Source of the DNA: Camelus ferus
Lineage: Eukaryota
NCBI RefSeq assembly: GCF_009834535.1
Contig: NC_045697.1
Location: 68,636,001 to 68,700,000, forward strand
DNA: 64,000 nt
Direction: 5' to 3'
Below the pieces are notes generated by a model. It was given only the letters and a program-made list of their open reading frames with translations. It searched no databases and was not told where the DNA came from. Both the position numbers and the translations under genes were made by a program. Numbering within the stretch: the first letter of the stretch is position 1; each line of letters opens with the position of its first letter. Below are positions 39,314-52,029 of the stretch, one piece after another.

Positions 39314-41219
39314 CTAAAGAAATAATGAGTCACTTAACAGAAGGTCAACAAATCAACAACAGCAAGTCAAAAAATTTTAGCAAATAAAGGAAATCTGATG
39401 TGTTGACTAGGCCAGTCCACGAATTTAATTAATTGGAAACCAACTCTATACTGTTAGGTAAATTGTTCCGTTTAACACAGTTAGAGGAGAAGCAAAGTTT
39501 CCCAGTGCTCCTCTGCTATACCCCTCAAGACCATTATTCAGAACTGATAAATCCGTAAGTCAATATTCAGAAATATACCCTGGACACCATGAGATAAACA
39601 TAACAGTGAAACTGGAATTAACAACAAAAACAAAGACCCATTATTTTACATTATTTCACCATCTCTGGAAAGGTTTTTGAAAAACTAAGATAGAATCTCA
39701 TTGTCAACAGAAATATACATATAGTCTAATCTGTTCAGAAAGAATTTACACCAAAGATTATATTTAAAAATTGAACTAATATTAACATACATGCCTAAGT
39801 AGACTAGAATAGAATCCTGAAGTTAAAAACAGGATGAAAAGAAATTCACTTTAAAGAAAAGTATTTTCCATGGATAAACTTAATTTGTCATTTTAAAAAG
39901 TCAAAAAATACCTAATCCAAGTATATTTTATGAAAAATGTTCGTTCTAATGGAATTTCTGTCAGAGCTAGGAAACACTAGAATTAGTTACCCTTTCAATC
40001 TAAAGACTGAACTTTGCTATCCCTGTAATCAGAGGATATACTTCTTTTAAACCTGTCTCTACGTACTCCATGAGAGGAAAAATGGTAAAATCTAATAATT
40101 ACAGATAGCTAATTAATTGAAAAATTTTACACAAATATTTAGTTTGATACATTGGACTGTTATTTAATAATTTGATACTACAACTAAAACAGGAAAAGAG
40201 TATTAGGGTTGAAACACATACTTGGAGAATTGCTGGTACTATAATTGTATTTTTCATGTTTCCATGTTTCTTCTATTGAGGAATAAAAAGAAAATGTTGC
40301 TACTTTTGCATAAATTTTACTAGCTATTTTTAAGTATATAATTTGAGAGATTTTTTATTGGTTTTCAAACTTTAATAGTTTCAAGTAGCTAAAAACTTCC
40401 CAACTTCCAGTTTTACAGTGGGATCTGATGGAAAATCAAATAATTGTAGAGTAAAATTTATTGGAATTAATTTTCCACTATGCAGCTAATATTCATTTAG
40501 CTTTTGAAATTCAATATGTTACCATAAGAGCTATTATTGTATACTTACTTTAGGCATCACTACTAAATCTCGAATCATTTATAATGACACAAATTTTACT
40601 AGAGAAGCTTGACAAACATCCTGCAGGAGATGTGCAGTCTTTGTCTAATTTTAAGTAATATTCTTAGCTCAGAGAAAAGAGATGATTTAAACACACACAC
40701 ACGTAGATATGCTAGTGAGTTGTCCTAATTGTGGACAATGAAAAGGTTGAAATTAGACCAGGAGAAGTTTTGGTGGGACAGTCGAAGAATAGTATCGGTA
40801 TGACCTGGAGGGGTTTTAAGTTTAAAAACAATTGTTGACTGTCTATATTTAATAATTTAAACAATATTATGACTTAAGACAGAGGCATGGAAAGGATAAT
40901 CATTTACAAGTCCTTTCTGCTATGATATTACAATTTTAAGTTCTTGAAATACCATATACTGTTTTACCACCTAGATGTTTGTCACATGTGAATGGAAGAG
41001 TTTCCTCCACTGTAGTGAAGCAGCTCCTTAAAGAAGCCAGCTAGTCAAACAATTTAAAATGTCATGCTACTTTAAAGTTACAACTTTAATGTAATGCAAA
41101 GCGGTTTTATCCACTGTATAAATAGCACATGGTATTTGACATTTTCCTACTATTTTATGGCTTTAGCTATGTAGCATAAAACTTTCAGAACAAAAACTTA
41201 GTTCAATATTCTAGAAGAG

Positions 41220-41435
41220 TGGAAAGAGTACACAAGACATCCTTATTGGTATGAGATAGATTTGGATTGTAATATAAGACTCCTACCAGCAGGACAGGGA
41301 TTTTAAACAGTCTCATTTTCAACATCTATGAATAGAGAGGCCATATTTTATACTTCCTAGGGTAGTTGTAAGGATTAAGTAAAATACTTATTATATAAAA
41401 GCCTAGAAGGCACATGATAGATGCTCAATAAATAT
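41220..41435 (+). mobile_element. MIR SINE
   Basis: AGTCTCATTTTCAACATCTATGAA...AGGGTAGTTGTAAGGATTAAGT...TAGATGCTCAATAAAT. Confidence 0.75.
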
Positions 41436-41764
41436 GAGTTCTGAGCTCTCTTGTTTTAATATCCTTCCCACATCCCTTCAAGATGGAGCTATATAAAATA
41501 TAATTTGTGATTATAAGCAAATTAATAAAGGGTGAATGGACAGTCAAAATTGTTTACTAGACTTGACAGTCCTCAAAGGAATGATTATTTATCAGAAAAA
41601 AAATGTATATTATTAGGTAACAATACAGTTTATGATGTAATTACCTGACTTTCCACCAGATTCCACTGTAAAATTGAAGAGGTTGGGAAAATACCGTTTA
41701 ACATCGGAGGAAAAAAATTATTGCTCAGTGAGTATTATTTTCTCTAGGCTGAAGTAATTCTATT

Positions 41765-42130
41765 TCACTCAACAACAAATTATGGTACATTGAGTTGAGC
41801 TAGATATTGCCAATGCAATAATAAATACAGATACAGATCCTGAGGGCATGAGATTTACAGTAAAGTGCAGGGGACAGACAAGATTAAAATAATCACCCTA
41901 ATGAGTACATAATTAAAATTCAGGTAAGACGTCTTAGTCTCTACAGGAGGAATCAGACCTGGGTTCAGGTGACAAGGAAGACTTTCTGAATGAAGAGGCC
42001 TTTGCTGATGAGGTATGCAACAAAGTAATACAGTTTTGGTGACAAGAGTAGACAATGGAGACTCCAGGTAAACAGCACAGCATAGTTCAACTACAGAAGT
42101 TGAACTGCAGCAAAATAGGAGATCTATTTA
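41765..42130 (-). mobile_element. degenerate L2 fragment
   Basis: CACTCAACAACAAATT...GACAAGGAAGACTTTCTGAA...CTCCAGGTAAACAGCACAGCAT. Confidence 0.5.
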
Positions 42131-43330
42131 TTTCACAGTATAAAAGCTGTCAAAATGTGGAGCAAAGGAAGTTAAGATCAATTTGGCTAACAACTATTTA
42201 TTATGCTAATTATATCATCATTTCTCTCTAGTAAAATTACTTCAATAAATCCCTAAATTTATCACTACAGTTGTACCAGACTCGTTTCTTTTTGGTTGGT
42301 GCTCTCACTTTAAAACACAGAGTAAACAGATCCATAAATTTATGTAGTGCTATTCTAATATTCTTGAGTGCAAACTTCAAAATTTCTTTGATGAACAAGA
42401 TCCATTTGGTGTTATATTGGTGTCATTCATTGTTTCAAACTACAGGAAGGAAGCTCCCTATTTTGTCTTCCTTAATTTATTTTTGACTGCTGTTCATATA
42501 AATAATTCTAACTGTTTTGTTGAAACTCAAAAGATCAGCAATGCTCTTTTCCTAAGCATCTTATTCTAATGGGTTCAAAGAAGCTAGTCTATTATTATTA
42601 TTTTTCAATGAAAGGACTAACACATTCCTCATCCTATAGCAACCCTCTCTTTTGGAGCATTACCTTCTGATATCTTCCTAGTAAGGATCATCTTGTCTCC
42701 ATCTCTGGGTTTCAATCTGGAAAAATTTTGTACAGCCAATCACTGTATTTCTAAGCTGAAGCAAGCTAACGTTCCAATATCACAGACTGATTCTTCACAC
42801 TGTGAATTTTTTTGTTCTTCTTAAATAGAGGCCTGCATTCCTACACTTCCTTTTCAAGAGTTTAACTTCAGTAGCTCAAAAGCTGAGTGAAGCAGCAAGC
42901 TGACTTTCAAATTAAAGACTTATCTTTATATGGAACTTACACATTATATAAAATTAGCTATTTAATAATTAAAAACAAACTATTTCATCAGAGCTCTTTC
43001 TATATTTAAATATGTGGAATATTTTATATGTAAAACCCAAATTGATGGATGTAGAAAGTGAGTAACTCATTGAACTATATATTATAATATTATATAGCAT
43101 AATAATATGTAACACATATGCATATTATATATAATACTATTTTTTAAAATCTTAAGTACTAGTAGAGGAAGAAATAATCAAATATTAATAAAACAAATAA
43201 ACATTTTTATTATTATAGAGATAATTAATACCATGAATAAAATATAAGGTAACACTTTAGCTTGAATTCAAAGGAAAAGTCCTTCTGAGGAACTGATAGT
43301 TGAGCAGAGACACTAAAGACATGAAAGAAG

Positions 43331-46280
43331 GTGGTCTTTAAAGATGATGAAATAGGAGGCTCCTGAACTCCCCTCCTCCCGTGGACACGCCAAATGAATA
43401 GCTACACGTAGAGCTATTCCCTCTGAAACTAGCTGAGCAGCTCCTATACATTGGGCAAATGAGAAAATGAAATGGGTAGGAATGGCTTAGATACTCTCTT
43501 GCTATAAACCTTAACCCCAGCACAACACCAGTGAGAGAAAACTCCCAAATCCCAGCTTCTCCCTGAAGAGCAGAGTTTGAACCCTACATCTAGCAGCCAA
43601 ACTTTAAAGACTCCCAACTGAGGAACAGGTCTCTAAAACATCTACCTGTCAAAGCCAATGGGGTTTCTCCCTGAAGAGCAGAGCTGGACCCTACATCTAG
43701 CAGCCCAACTTTCAGGACTCCCAATTAAGGCACAGGTCTCCAAAAGATCTACCTGTGAAAGCAGTGGGGACTGAGTCCATGAGACCCACAAGACCATAGC
43801 AAATAAAGAAGTAATTAACAGGAGCAAGCATTTTCTGCAGTTATCACCTCAGCTCAGTACAGAAAGAGTGACAAAAATTGCCCATCTCTCAGTCTTTCTC
43901 TGATGGGGTCGCTTTGCATACTTTACAGGCTGCTGTCTGAAAGCTGGTCTTCTAATTTAATACACACACTAGGCTAGCTGTGACCCTCACCTGAGAACAG
44001 GGAAGCCAGTGGAGTGGACACCTCCTTCACCATCTCCCTCCTGCCCACCCCAATTCACCAGTATTTCCCTGGAAAGAGTTTGTACACAGTTCTGCAATCT
44101 GGCTTTAGCAGCTGCTACCCGAGGGACAGGTTCCAGATCATCTGGCTCTGACAGACAATGGGGCTTTCATTAAGGAGTCCCATAGAACTGTAGCAAACAA
44201 AGAAATCCTTAATAGGTTCAGGAGCAAACCTCCCCCAATCCAAAGATATATACTGAGGTCTGGTACAGTAGAAGAAGGTAAAAAAACTCACCTTCCAGTT
44301 TCCCCCAGGAAGGAGGCTAACTACATACTTTCCCAGCTATTGCTTGGGATCAAGCCTCTAACTGGCCTGCATCTAGTTGCTGACTGCAGTCTGTATTTTT
44401 GGGACATTGATGGATCTTGGCACACACCCTCAAACTACTGGGAGCCACTAAGAGCAAAGAAGGAGGATTGGATAATCAAGGTTTGAGAGACAACCAGGCA
44501 CATGGGCTGGGCTAGTTGACGAGGTTCATCTCCTACACCAGACCACCTGTAAAGACCAGGAGAGGTGATGTTTTATCTAATGCACATAAACCAACACAAA
44601 GAGTCAAGGAAAATTAAGAAACAGAGGAATATGTTTTAGACAAAAGAACAAGATAAAACTACAGAAATAGACCATAATGAAATGGAGACTCAGAGAGAAT
44701 CAAAATAATGGTCATAAAGATGCTCACTGAGGTCAGGAGAACAATGCACAAATAATGGGAGAATTTTAACAAAGATCAAATATTAAAAAGTACTAAACAG
44801 AAATCAAGAACTAAGATTACAATAACTGAACTTAAAAATTTAATAGGGGGATTCAATAGCAGACTAGATGAAGCAGAAGAAAGGATCAGTAAACTTAAGG
44901 ACATAGCAGTGAAATTAATTAAGTCAGAGGAACAAAAATAAAAAAGAATGGAAAAAGTGATGATAGCCTAACAAAACTCAAGACTTAACAAGACTATTAT
45001 TATATGCGTTATAGAGGTCTCAGAAAAGAAAAGAGAGAAAAGGGGGCAGAAAACTCACCCAAAGAAATAATGGCAGGAAACTTCCTTAACCTGAGTAAAG
45101 AAACAGACACCCAAATCCATTTATCTGAAACAACAAAAGACCCCAAATAGCCAAAGCAATCTTGAAAAAGAAGAACAAAGCTGGAGGCATCACCCTTTTT
45201 GATTTCAAACCATATTACAAAGCTATAGTAATCAAAACGGTACTTTTCATTGGCATAAAAACAGACACATAGACCAATGAAACACAGTAGAGAGCCCAGA
45301 GGTAAATCTGTGCATATATGGTCAATTAATTTATAATAAAGAAGCCAAGAATACACAATGGAGAAAGGTTCTTCAGTAAATGTTGTTGAGAAAACTGGAC
45401 AGCCACATGCAAAACACAGAAACTGGATCTTTATCTTACACCATATACAAAATTCAACTCAACATGGATTAAAGGCTTGAACGCTTGAATGTAAGACCTG
45501 AAACCCTAAAACTCCTAGAAGAAAACATAGGAGGTAAGCTCCTTGACATTGGTCTTGATAATGATTTTTTGAATTTGCCACCAAAAGCAAAGGCAATAAA
45601 AGCAAAAATAAACAAGTGGGACTACATAAAACTAAAATGCTTCTCCACAGCAAAGGAAGCCATAAAAAAAAAAATAAATAAAAAGACAACCTATAGAATG
45701 GGAAGAGACTATCTACAAATCATATATCTTATTTAACAATTCATACAACTAAACAGAAAAAAACAAAAACAAAAACTAATCCAATTAAGAAATGGGCAAA
45801 GGGGCTGAATTGGTATTTTCCCAAAGAAGATATATGAATGGCCAACAGGTACATGAAAAGGTGTTCAACATCACCAAGCATGAGGGAAATGCAAATCAAA
45901 ATTACAATGAGATATCACCTCACACCTGTTAGAATGGTTACCATCAAAAAGATAAGAGATAACAAGTGCCGATGAGGATGGGGAGAAAAGTGAACCCTTG
46001 TGCACCATCGATGGATTATAAATCAGTGCAGCCACAATGGGAAAATCTATGGAGGATCCTCAAAAAATTAAAATAGAACCACCATATGATCTAGCAATTC
46101 CACTTCTGGAAGTAAATCCAAAGGAAATGAAAATACTATGTCAAAGAGATATGCGCACCCCCATGTTCATAGCAGCATTATTTTCAACAGCCAAGACACA
46201 GAAACAACCTAAATGTCCACAGACGGGCGCGTGGAAAAAGAAGTGGTGATATATATAAAACGTGCAGTATTATTCAGCTG
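43331..46280 (+). mobile_element. L1 with repeat-containing 5'UTR and partial ORF1 fused to post-RT ORF2 at ~45119; 3'UTR and tail missing
   Basis: Start AAAGATGATGAAATAGGAGGCTCCTGAACTC. ORF1 GACTAGATGAAGCAGAAGAAAGGATCAG. ORF2 [23 protein letters not shown] and MFIAALFSTAKT. Confidence 0.92.
43557..43769 (+). repeat. two-copy tandem repeat, period 108 bp, in L1 5'UTR
   Basis: TTCTCCCTGAAGAGCAGAG...CCCTACATCTAGCAGCC...TCTACCTGT starting at 43557 and 43665. Confidence 0.95.
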
Positions 46281-46974
46281 TTGAGTTCTCATGTAGTTAT
46301 ATTCCCTTGAAGTTCACGCTGCAAAACAAGTTACCAGTTAAGACTCTTCACTAGCAGACAATCATAAACCCTACATCGATAGCCTAGAGCTTTCTTACAT
46401 TGCTCAAGGCATGGTTGTCTAGAAAAGAAATGTAATGTGTAAGGAAGAAACTCATTTTGGCAGAAATATTTGGAAATAAATCAACTTTTCTGACTTAATA
46501 AAGAGAGAGACTAATTGCTTATAGCTTAGAAATGCATTTGTGAAAAGAAAAAGGCATGTAAGTCCATGTAGTCAATTTTCTTACCTAAGGTAACTTCTAT
46601 CTCAACTCTGAAAATACAGTTTTAATGTAGTAATAAAATGTAAAGCTTAAAGGATTTTTAGAAATTATATAATCCTAATTATTAATAAATGTATAATTCA
46701 TTGATGCCAGATAATTATATAAGCCTTCATTTTGCCTTATAGTTTTGTCCTTTTTATTTAGGTCACTATATTAGATGGCAAAATTCCAATAAGAGAAAAT
46801 GTCCTGCCTAGATATGAGTGATAATAAAAAGTATACATGATTTACTAAAGCCACCATTTATTTTATGTTTCAAATACACAAGATTTATATAATTTTATTT
46901 TGTAACAATAGATTAAATATATGACCCTTAATCTCGATAAAGTCCTCTTCAGATTGTAAGTAAAATCTTTTAAA

Positions 46975-47120
46975 TGTCACCAAACTTTAGTAAAAATTAC
47001 CTGGTGAATTTATTAAACACATAGCTGGCTGGCATCAATAGATTCTGGTAGGACTCAAATATTTGCATGGTTAGCAAGGCCCTCGATACACGAGGTCTAC
47101 TGCTCACATGTTAGTATAGT
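46975..47120. mobile_element. MER5A-like hAT-Charlie fragment
   Basis: CAAACTTTAG...AATTACCTGG...AGATTCTG...ATTTGCAT...AGCAAG. Confidence 0.55.
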
Positions 47121-47179
47121 ACAGTGAAAAACACATCCAAAAGAGAAAAACTGAAAAGCCTTTTTTCCCCTAGTCATAA

Positions 47180-47644
47180 TGTTACGGAAACGACAGGCCA
47201 GTCAAGAAACAAGCACCACTCGGAGGGTTGGAGTACTCAGATGTATTACACCAGCGGGCACAGAGGGGCTTCTGCTCTGAAGCTCTGAGCACCTCCAAGA
47301 CGAGCGCATGAGGTTTTATAGGGTAAAGTACAAGCTTGGGGTATTTGGCCAATAGGCATGGAACAGCTTTAGCAGCATTATCATCACAAAGGTGGACGCA
47401 GGGAGTCAGCAAACCAACATTCCAAAGGCAGATATGTATCTTTGAAAACCCAGCTGGCTGGCAAAAAAACATGAATAGCAAACCAACACTAATTAACTTA
47501 GATTTACAAGTTAGTCCAGCAGAACTCAGATCAGTATTCCCATACTTAGATTTGTGAGTTATCTTGTCAGCCCAGCCCAGCCTCTCCTTCACATTCCTAG
47601 ACTTGTGAGTTATCTTGTTAGACCAGCCTGGCTTTTCCTTCACA
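47180..47644 (-). mobile_element. young ERV1-type solo LTR (465 bp)
   Basis: TG...CA termini; perfect 4-bp TSD ATAA (47176-47179, 47645-47648); minus-strand TATAAAA at ~47314-47320, CCAAT at ~47349, AATACA-type polyA signal at ~47242; CpGs retained. Confidence 0.9.
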
Positions 47645-48254
47645 ATAACATAACTTGATTTATCTAAAAGGAAACTCTGCAAAGAGGTCATGGGAAGTTT
47701 AACTTAAAATTAAACATGTTTAAAAAATAGCTTCCTAACAAATTTGACTAAGCAAGCACACTTCATCAAAAAATAAGTTCAAAAACAGAGCTCTGTGCAT
47801 ACAAAATTATAAAAATACAATTCCAATTAATTACCTTATAAGTCAGTATCTCCGAATGTGTTTTCTCAAAGTTCGTAACTGTACAGAGACGTCCAGAAAG
47901 TCATACAGTTCAGATTCAGATAACAGGACCACAGGGAAGCAGGGCTTTTCAGATTATCTATAGAATATTGTGCTTTACTGTAGGATTCACAGGTTGAAAG
48001 AAACTCAGGATAAATGGATTAAGTATTTTTTAAAAGAACAATGGGAATCGCAGAGATATCTTAAAATATCCAAAGGATATTTGAATAAAGGAAACACAGC
48101 AGCTACATAACTGCTGCAGAGAACTAGAAAAACTGAAGAAAGTTGTGAGGATCAAAAGCCTGCGGCAGTTAGGGCTGCCCAACGAAACACTGGAAGTTAA
48201 CGGAGGGAGGAGTGCAGCAGTCAGGAGAGGGGCTCCCGACCTCGGCGAGATGTT

Positions 48255-48305
48255 ACACTTGATGACCCTCATTCTCCCTTTCAAATCTGTGATTTCATGA
48301 TGATT
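48255..48305 (+). mobile_element. MIR3/L3-type 3' terminus
   Basis: GATGACCCTCATTCTCCCTTTCAAATCTGTGATTTCATGAT resembles the L3/MIR3 tail. Confidence 0.45.
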
Positions 48306-49537
48306 ATCAGTGAACAAAGTAAGAGAATAAATATAGCACAAATAGAGTAGTATACTTTGCAAAGCAGCAGTTCAAACGTAACAGGCCTGCCCCCCTTAGA
48401 TTAAAGGAGAGTTGAACTTTGTAGCCGTATTGTAAAAGCCTGGTATTAGCACAAACTCGCATGAGCTTGTGGAAGGAAGAATATCTAAGGAAGGCCTATA
48501 TCCTCACAAGTGTATATCTTAAAACTGAACTCAACACTTCCCAATATCTCCAAAATACAAAATCTTCTCTACAAAGCATCAAGGGGCAGCAATTTATAGT
48601 TTTTACTGAGTATTTTGGTAGAGTTATCCAAGAGAAGGCATCTCACTTAGTACAGAGCAAGTAATTTAATGATAATTAATGATATTTCTCTTCTATTCAA
48701 AAAGAAATCCCTCCTGATTCCCAGCTTCCATACCTCCTTCTTTCCATCCTTCCCAATAGCTTCTAAAAATTTCTCAGGCTCAAGTCTCTCCCTCCACCTA
48801 CTTATACTTCTCTATATTTTTGGCTTTCAATGCTAAACTTTTTAGCTAAATCTCAGTTCCCTTGATGTTCATTCCCCACATTATTGCTCAGAACCAATCT
48901 GATGTGTATGAAAGGCCATTGGCTGTAGAATGACTCTGTACTCAGAAATCCTCAGGCTGGCTTATAAATAACAAATACCTTCTTCTACTTCACTTTATCT
49001 TTTTTACTCACCAGCATAATTATGGTATGTATTAAATGTACATTCACTTTTTAAAAATATTCAGATTATCTCGCATACAACTCAATTTTCATATCAATAC
49101 AACTCTATTAAATGTGCAGGCTTCCACTTAAACTTTTGGTTTTAAGTCAAAATCCACATATTCATTTGGATTGGTACTTTTGAGATAGACAGTAAACTAC
49201 AAAATATAAGTGGGAATGGTTAATGAATTTACTATAAAATGTTTAGTATATGATTAAAAACACACATTTGCTTATATTTACAGATGAGCAAATGGTTATC
49301 TTATATATTGTGGAATCAGAATCTCAACTTAAAATTTGTTAATTATAAAAAATAATAAATTTTTGTCTGAGTTGTTTAATAATACAGGTTAAAACTAAGC
49401 TGTCCTAAAAAACTGTTGGTAAGAACAATGAAGACCAGGCAATTTTGAAGAAAGTAAAATACTATCAAAGTGGAAAATTAACATGGCTTTTAAAATTCCC
49501 CAACATACTGAAAGCAATAAAACACATATGCAACACT

Positions 49538-50006
49538 TGACGAAGACTCTCTCCTTGACCAGACTCAAGTCAGGCTCACCTGAATCCTCTTGGTGACTAG
49601 TCCCCAAATGTGGGCTGTGTCTTTGGCCCACTTAGTTAAGTTTTAGCAAGAAACCTTCTGCGTCAGCTTAGTTAAATCCCCACTCGTAGTATCTGATCAA
49701 ATTCCTCATCTACCACCCTCAAGTCCTCATCACCCTGGCCTGGCTTCAGCAAGAATCCTGTTGAGTGGGTTTAGGAAAAATCCCCCTAGCTTTGATGTTT
49801 CCTCCCAGTCATTTTCTATCTAGCCCCATCTTACTCCTTGGCTGTAGACCTCCACATACCCTGTTGTACTTGGAATTGAGCCCAATCTCTCTCTCCTACT
49901 GTAAAACCCCATTGTATTAGTCCCTTTTGAATAGTCTTCTTTCATCTTTAACAAGAGTCCATTAAAAGTGTTCATTAACGCTTTTTTTTGTTTTTTTGCT
50001 TTAACA
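49538..50006 (+). mobile_element. MER31/MER67-like ERV1 solo LTR
   Basis: TGACGAAGACTCTCTCCTTGACCAGACTCAAGTCAGGCTC...TTTAACA; near-TSD CACT/CACC. Confidence 0.88.
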
Positions 50007-50282
50007 CACCAGGATAAAGGAGACATAGTGCCTAATCTCTACTTAAATCTTTCTTAAAAATATAATACGAAGTTGAAATAGCCTTCTAGACAGTAAGTTG
50101 TAGCAGGCAAGAATCATTTACATATAGCATATAGTTCAGTATCCAGTAAAAAAACAAACCATAGATACTGCAAGTCTTAGATCTAGGTAAACTGGTAAAC
50201 GCTAGAGAAGAGAAGGGGGTTGAGGAGGAAATGAAATCTAGAGCTGGTACTAAAAATGACATGTGATTGTTTTCTTACACTG

Positions 50283-50621
50283 CAGCGTTTTCTCAAAGTG
50301 TGGTCTAGAGTGCTGCTCAAATTGTAATGAGCAAACATCTAAGAATAGTGTTAAAATTTTTAATTCTGATTTGGTGCCTGGGAAGAGATCTGAGGTTCTG
50401 ATCAAATAAACTGATGTTGCTGATTTTTCTAATCCTTGGACAAGATTTTGCTAAGCAAAGCACCAACAACTAGTATTTATCTACGTGGTTTCTTAAAAGG
50501 ATAAAATGAGTCAGCCAAACCATTCTGATTCAGTAGATCCAAGAGGAGGCAAAGGAATCCACATTTTTAACATTCTCCCCCAGGTGATTTCTCTATGAAA
50601 TCTAAACTTTGAGAAACACTG
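50283..50621. mobile_element. MER5B-like hAT MITE with probable nested MER5A-like element (~50306-50460)
   Basis: Terminal inverted repeats CAGCGTTTTCTCAAAGT / ACTTTGAGAAACACTG; CATTTTTAACA...CCCCAGGTGATT. Confidence 0.75.
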
Positions 50622-50849
50622 ACTCATTAAAAAAGCTGGAAGAGGGGTTGGGAATGGGTTTGCCACCAAAAAACAATAGTCTTATTTATATACAGCTCCC
50701 AGGAGCTTTAAACTCCAAGGATGTCCCTGATGTTAACTTTCACAGGGTTTCATATGAATAAAAACGTTAAGCAGTGAGACTGCGAAATGATTTGCTCAGG
50801 GCCTCTACCCCGCTGGGGATGGCCCTAAGCCATTAAAAACAAGTTAAAT

Positions 50850-51560
50850 GGTAGAAATTGAGTAGAAATAAGTTCCACATCCTCAGGAAGCAAAGAGGTT
50901 AATTAGCAAGGTTAGTCTAGGATCCAGAACTGTGTCTCCTATTCAGTACTTTTGTTAATGATCTGGAAAAGAAGTGACGTTTTAAAATTTGCAGAAAAAA
51001 CTTATTTTAATTTTGTTGAGATTAGGGAAATTGGTTGAATTCCAAAAGACCTAACAATATAAGGTAATTAAGAAGCACAAAGGTTGATAAATCCATTTAA
51101 AATATGTAAAGGCAAAGCACATTTGAAAAATAAATTCAAATTACTCATACACATTGATGAGCTCTGAACTAAATGTAATTTTCTCAGGAATAAGATTTAT
51201 GTATCTCTTTGTGCAATTCAGTGAAGACATTTGTTCACTACCTAGAGGCAATAAAAATGGAATGAGATATTAAGCCATATTAAAAGAGGCTAGAAATAGG
51301 ACACACATATTATAATACCTCAATTTACAAATCAATAACATCTCTTTATCTTAACTATAGTACTCTAGCAGTCATCTTAGTCATATCATCTTTAGGAGGC
51401 TATATGAGAACCCAAAAGCAATGAGGACTATTACACTTACAAGGAAAATGAGGCAGTCTTTATGATAAAAGATTAAAGGACACATTTAGTTGAGAAAAGG
51501 AAAATTAAAAGGATATGTAATAGTATATAAAGTAATGAATACTAATGGCAAAGCCAATTG
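50850..51560 (+). mobile_element. ancient CR1/L3-clade LINE RT remnant
   Basis: CTATTCAGTACTTTTGTTAATGATCTGGAA (LFSTFVNDLE, cf. LFNIFINDLE); AAATTTGCAGA (KFA, cf. KFADD); TACACATTGATGAGCTCTGAACTA (YTLMSSEL). Confidence 0.7.
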
Positions 51561-52029
51561 GGCACTCTACATATATTTCTAAAGACCATTTGCTAGTAAC
51601 AGAAAAAATGTAATCCAATTATATCAGGAGGTAGACAAATATCACAAATAAAGGCTATATTAGTTCTTAACAGTGTCCTATGAAAAATTCATTGTAAAGT
51701 GTATTGTATTACCTAGGTAAATAAAATGACAGAATGAGATTAGCAGACATGGTTTAAAAATAATGGCCTATAGCTATATCTGAAGATGATATGCAGTGTA
51801 CTAAATATTATGATCAGTTAGAAGTACATAATTTTTCCTTTGACTATTCCTATACTTTGCAGTATAGAGAAAGAAAAGAAAATGGAGAGAAACAAAGGTT
51901 GCTACTTTGCCCTGATGAGTGAAATGGATCTAATTATTTCCATCTACTGTTTCTGAAAAATACAACTTCAAAAACCTCATTTATCAATTCTTAATAAATA
52001 GACTTAAAATTAAGTATATGCCATTAAAA

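Noticed and set aside
40549..40620. Minus-strand unit with good splice sites (ctcctgcag|...|gtaagt)
   Set aside because: Stops in all three frames; there is no support beyond the splice-like words.
43557..43769. Possible CRISPR-like repeat array
   Set aside because: Only two adjacent 108-bp copies with no spacers, inside an L1 5'UTR in mammalian DNA.
47182..47691. 169-aa ORF, the longest in the window, with an internal repeat
   Set aside because: It coincides with the solo LTR, and the peptide repeat is the LTR's 51-bp duplication.
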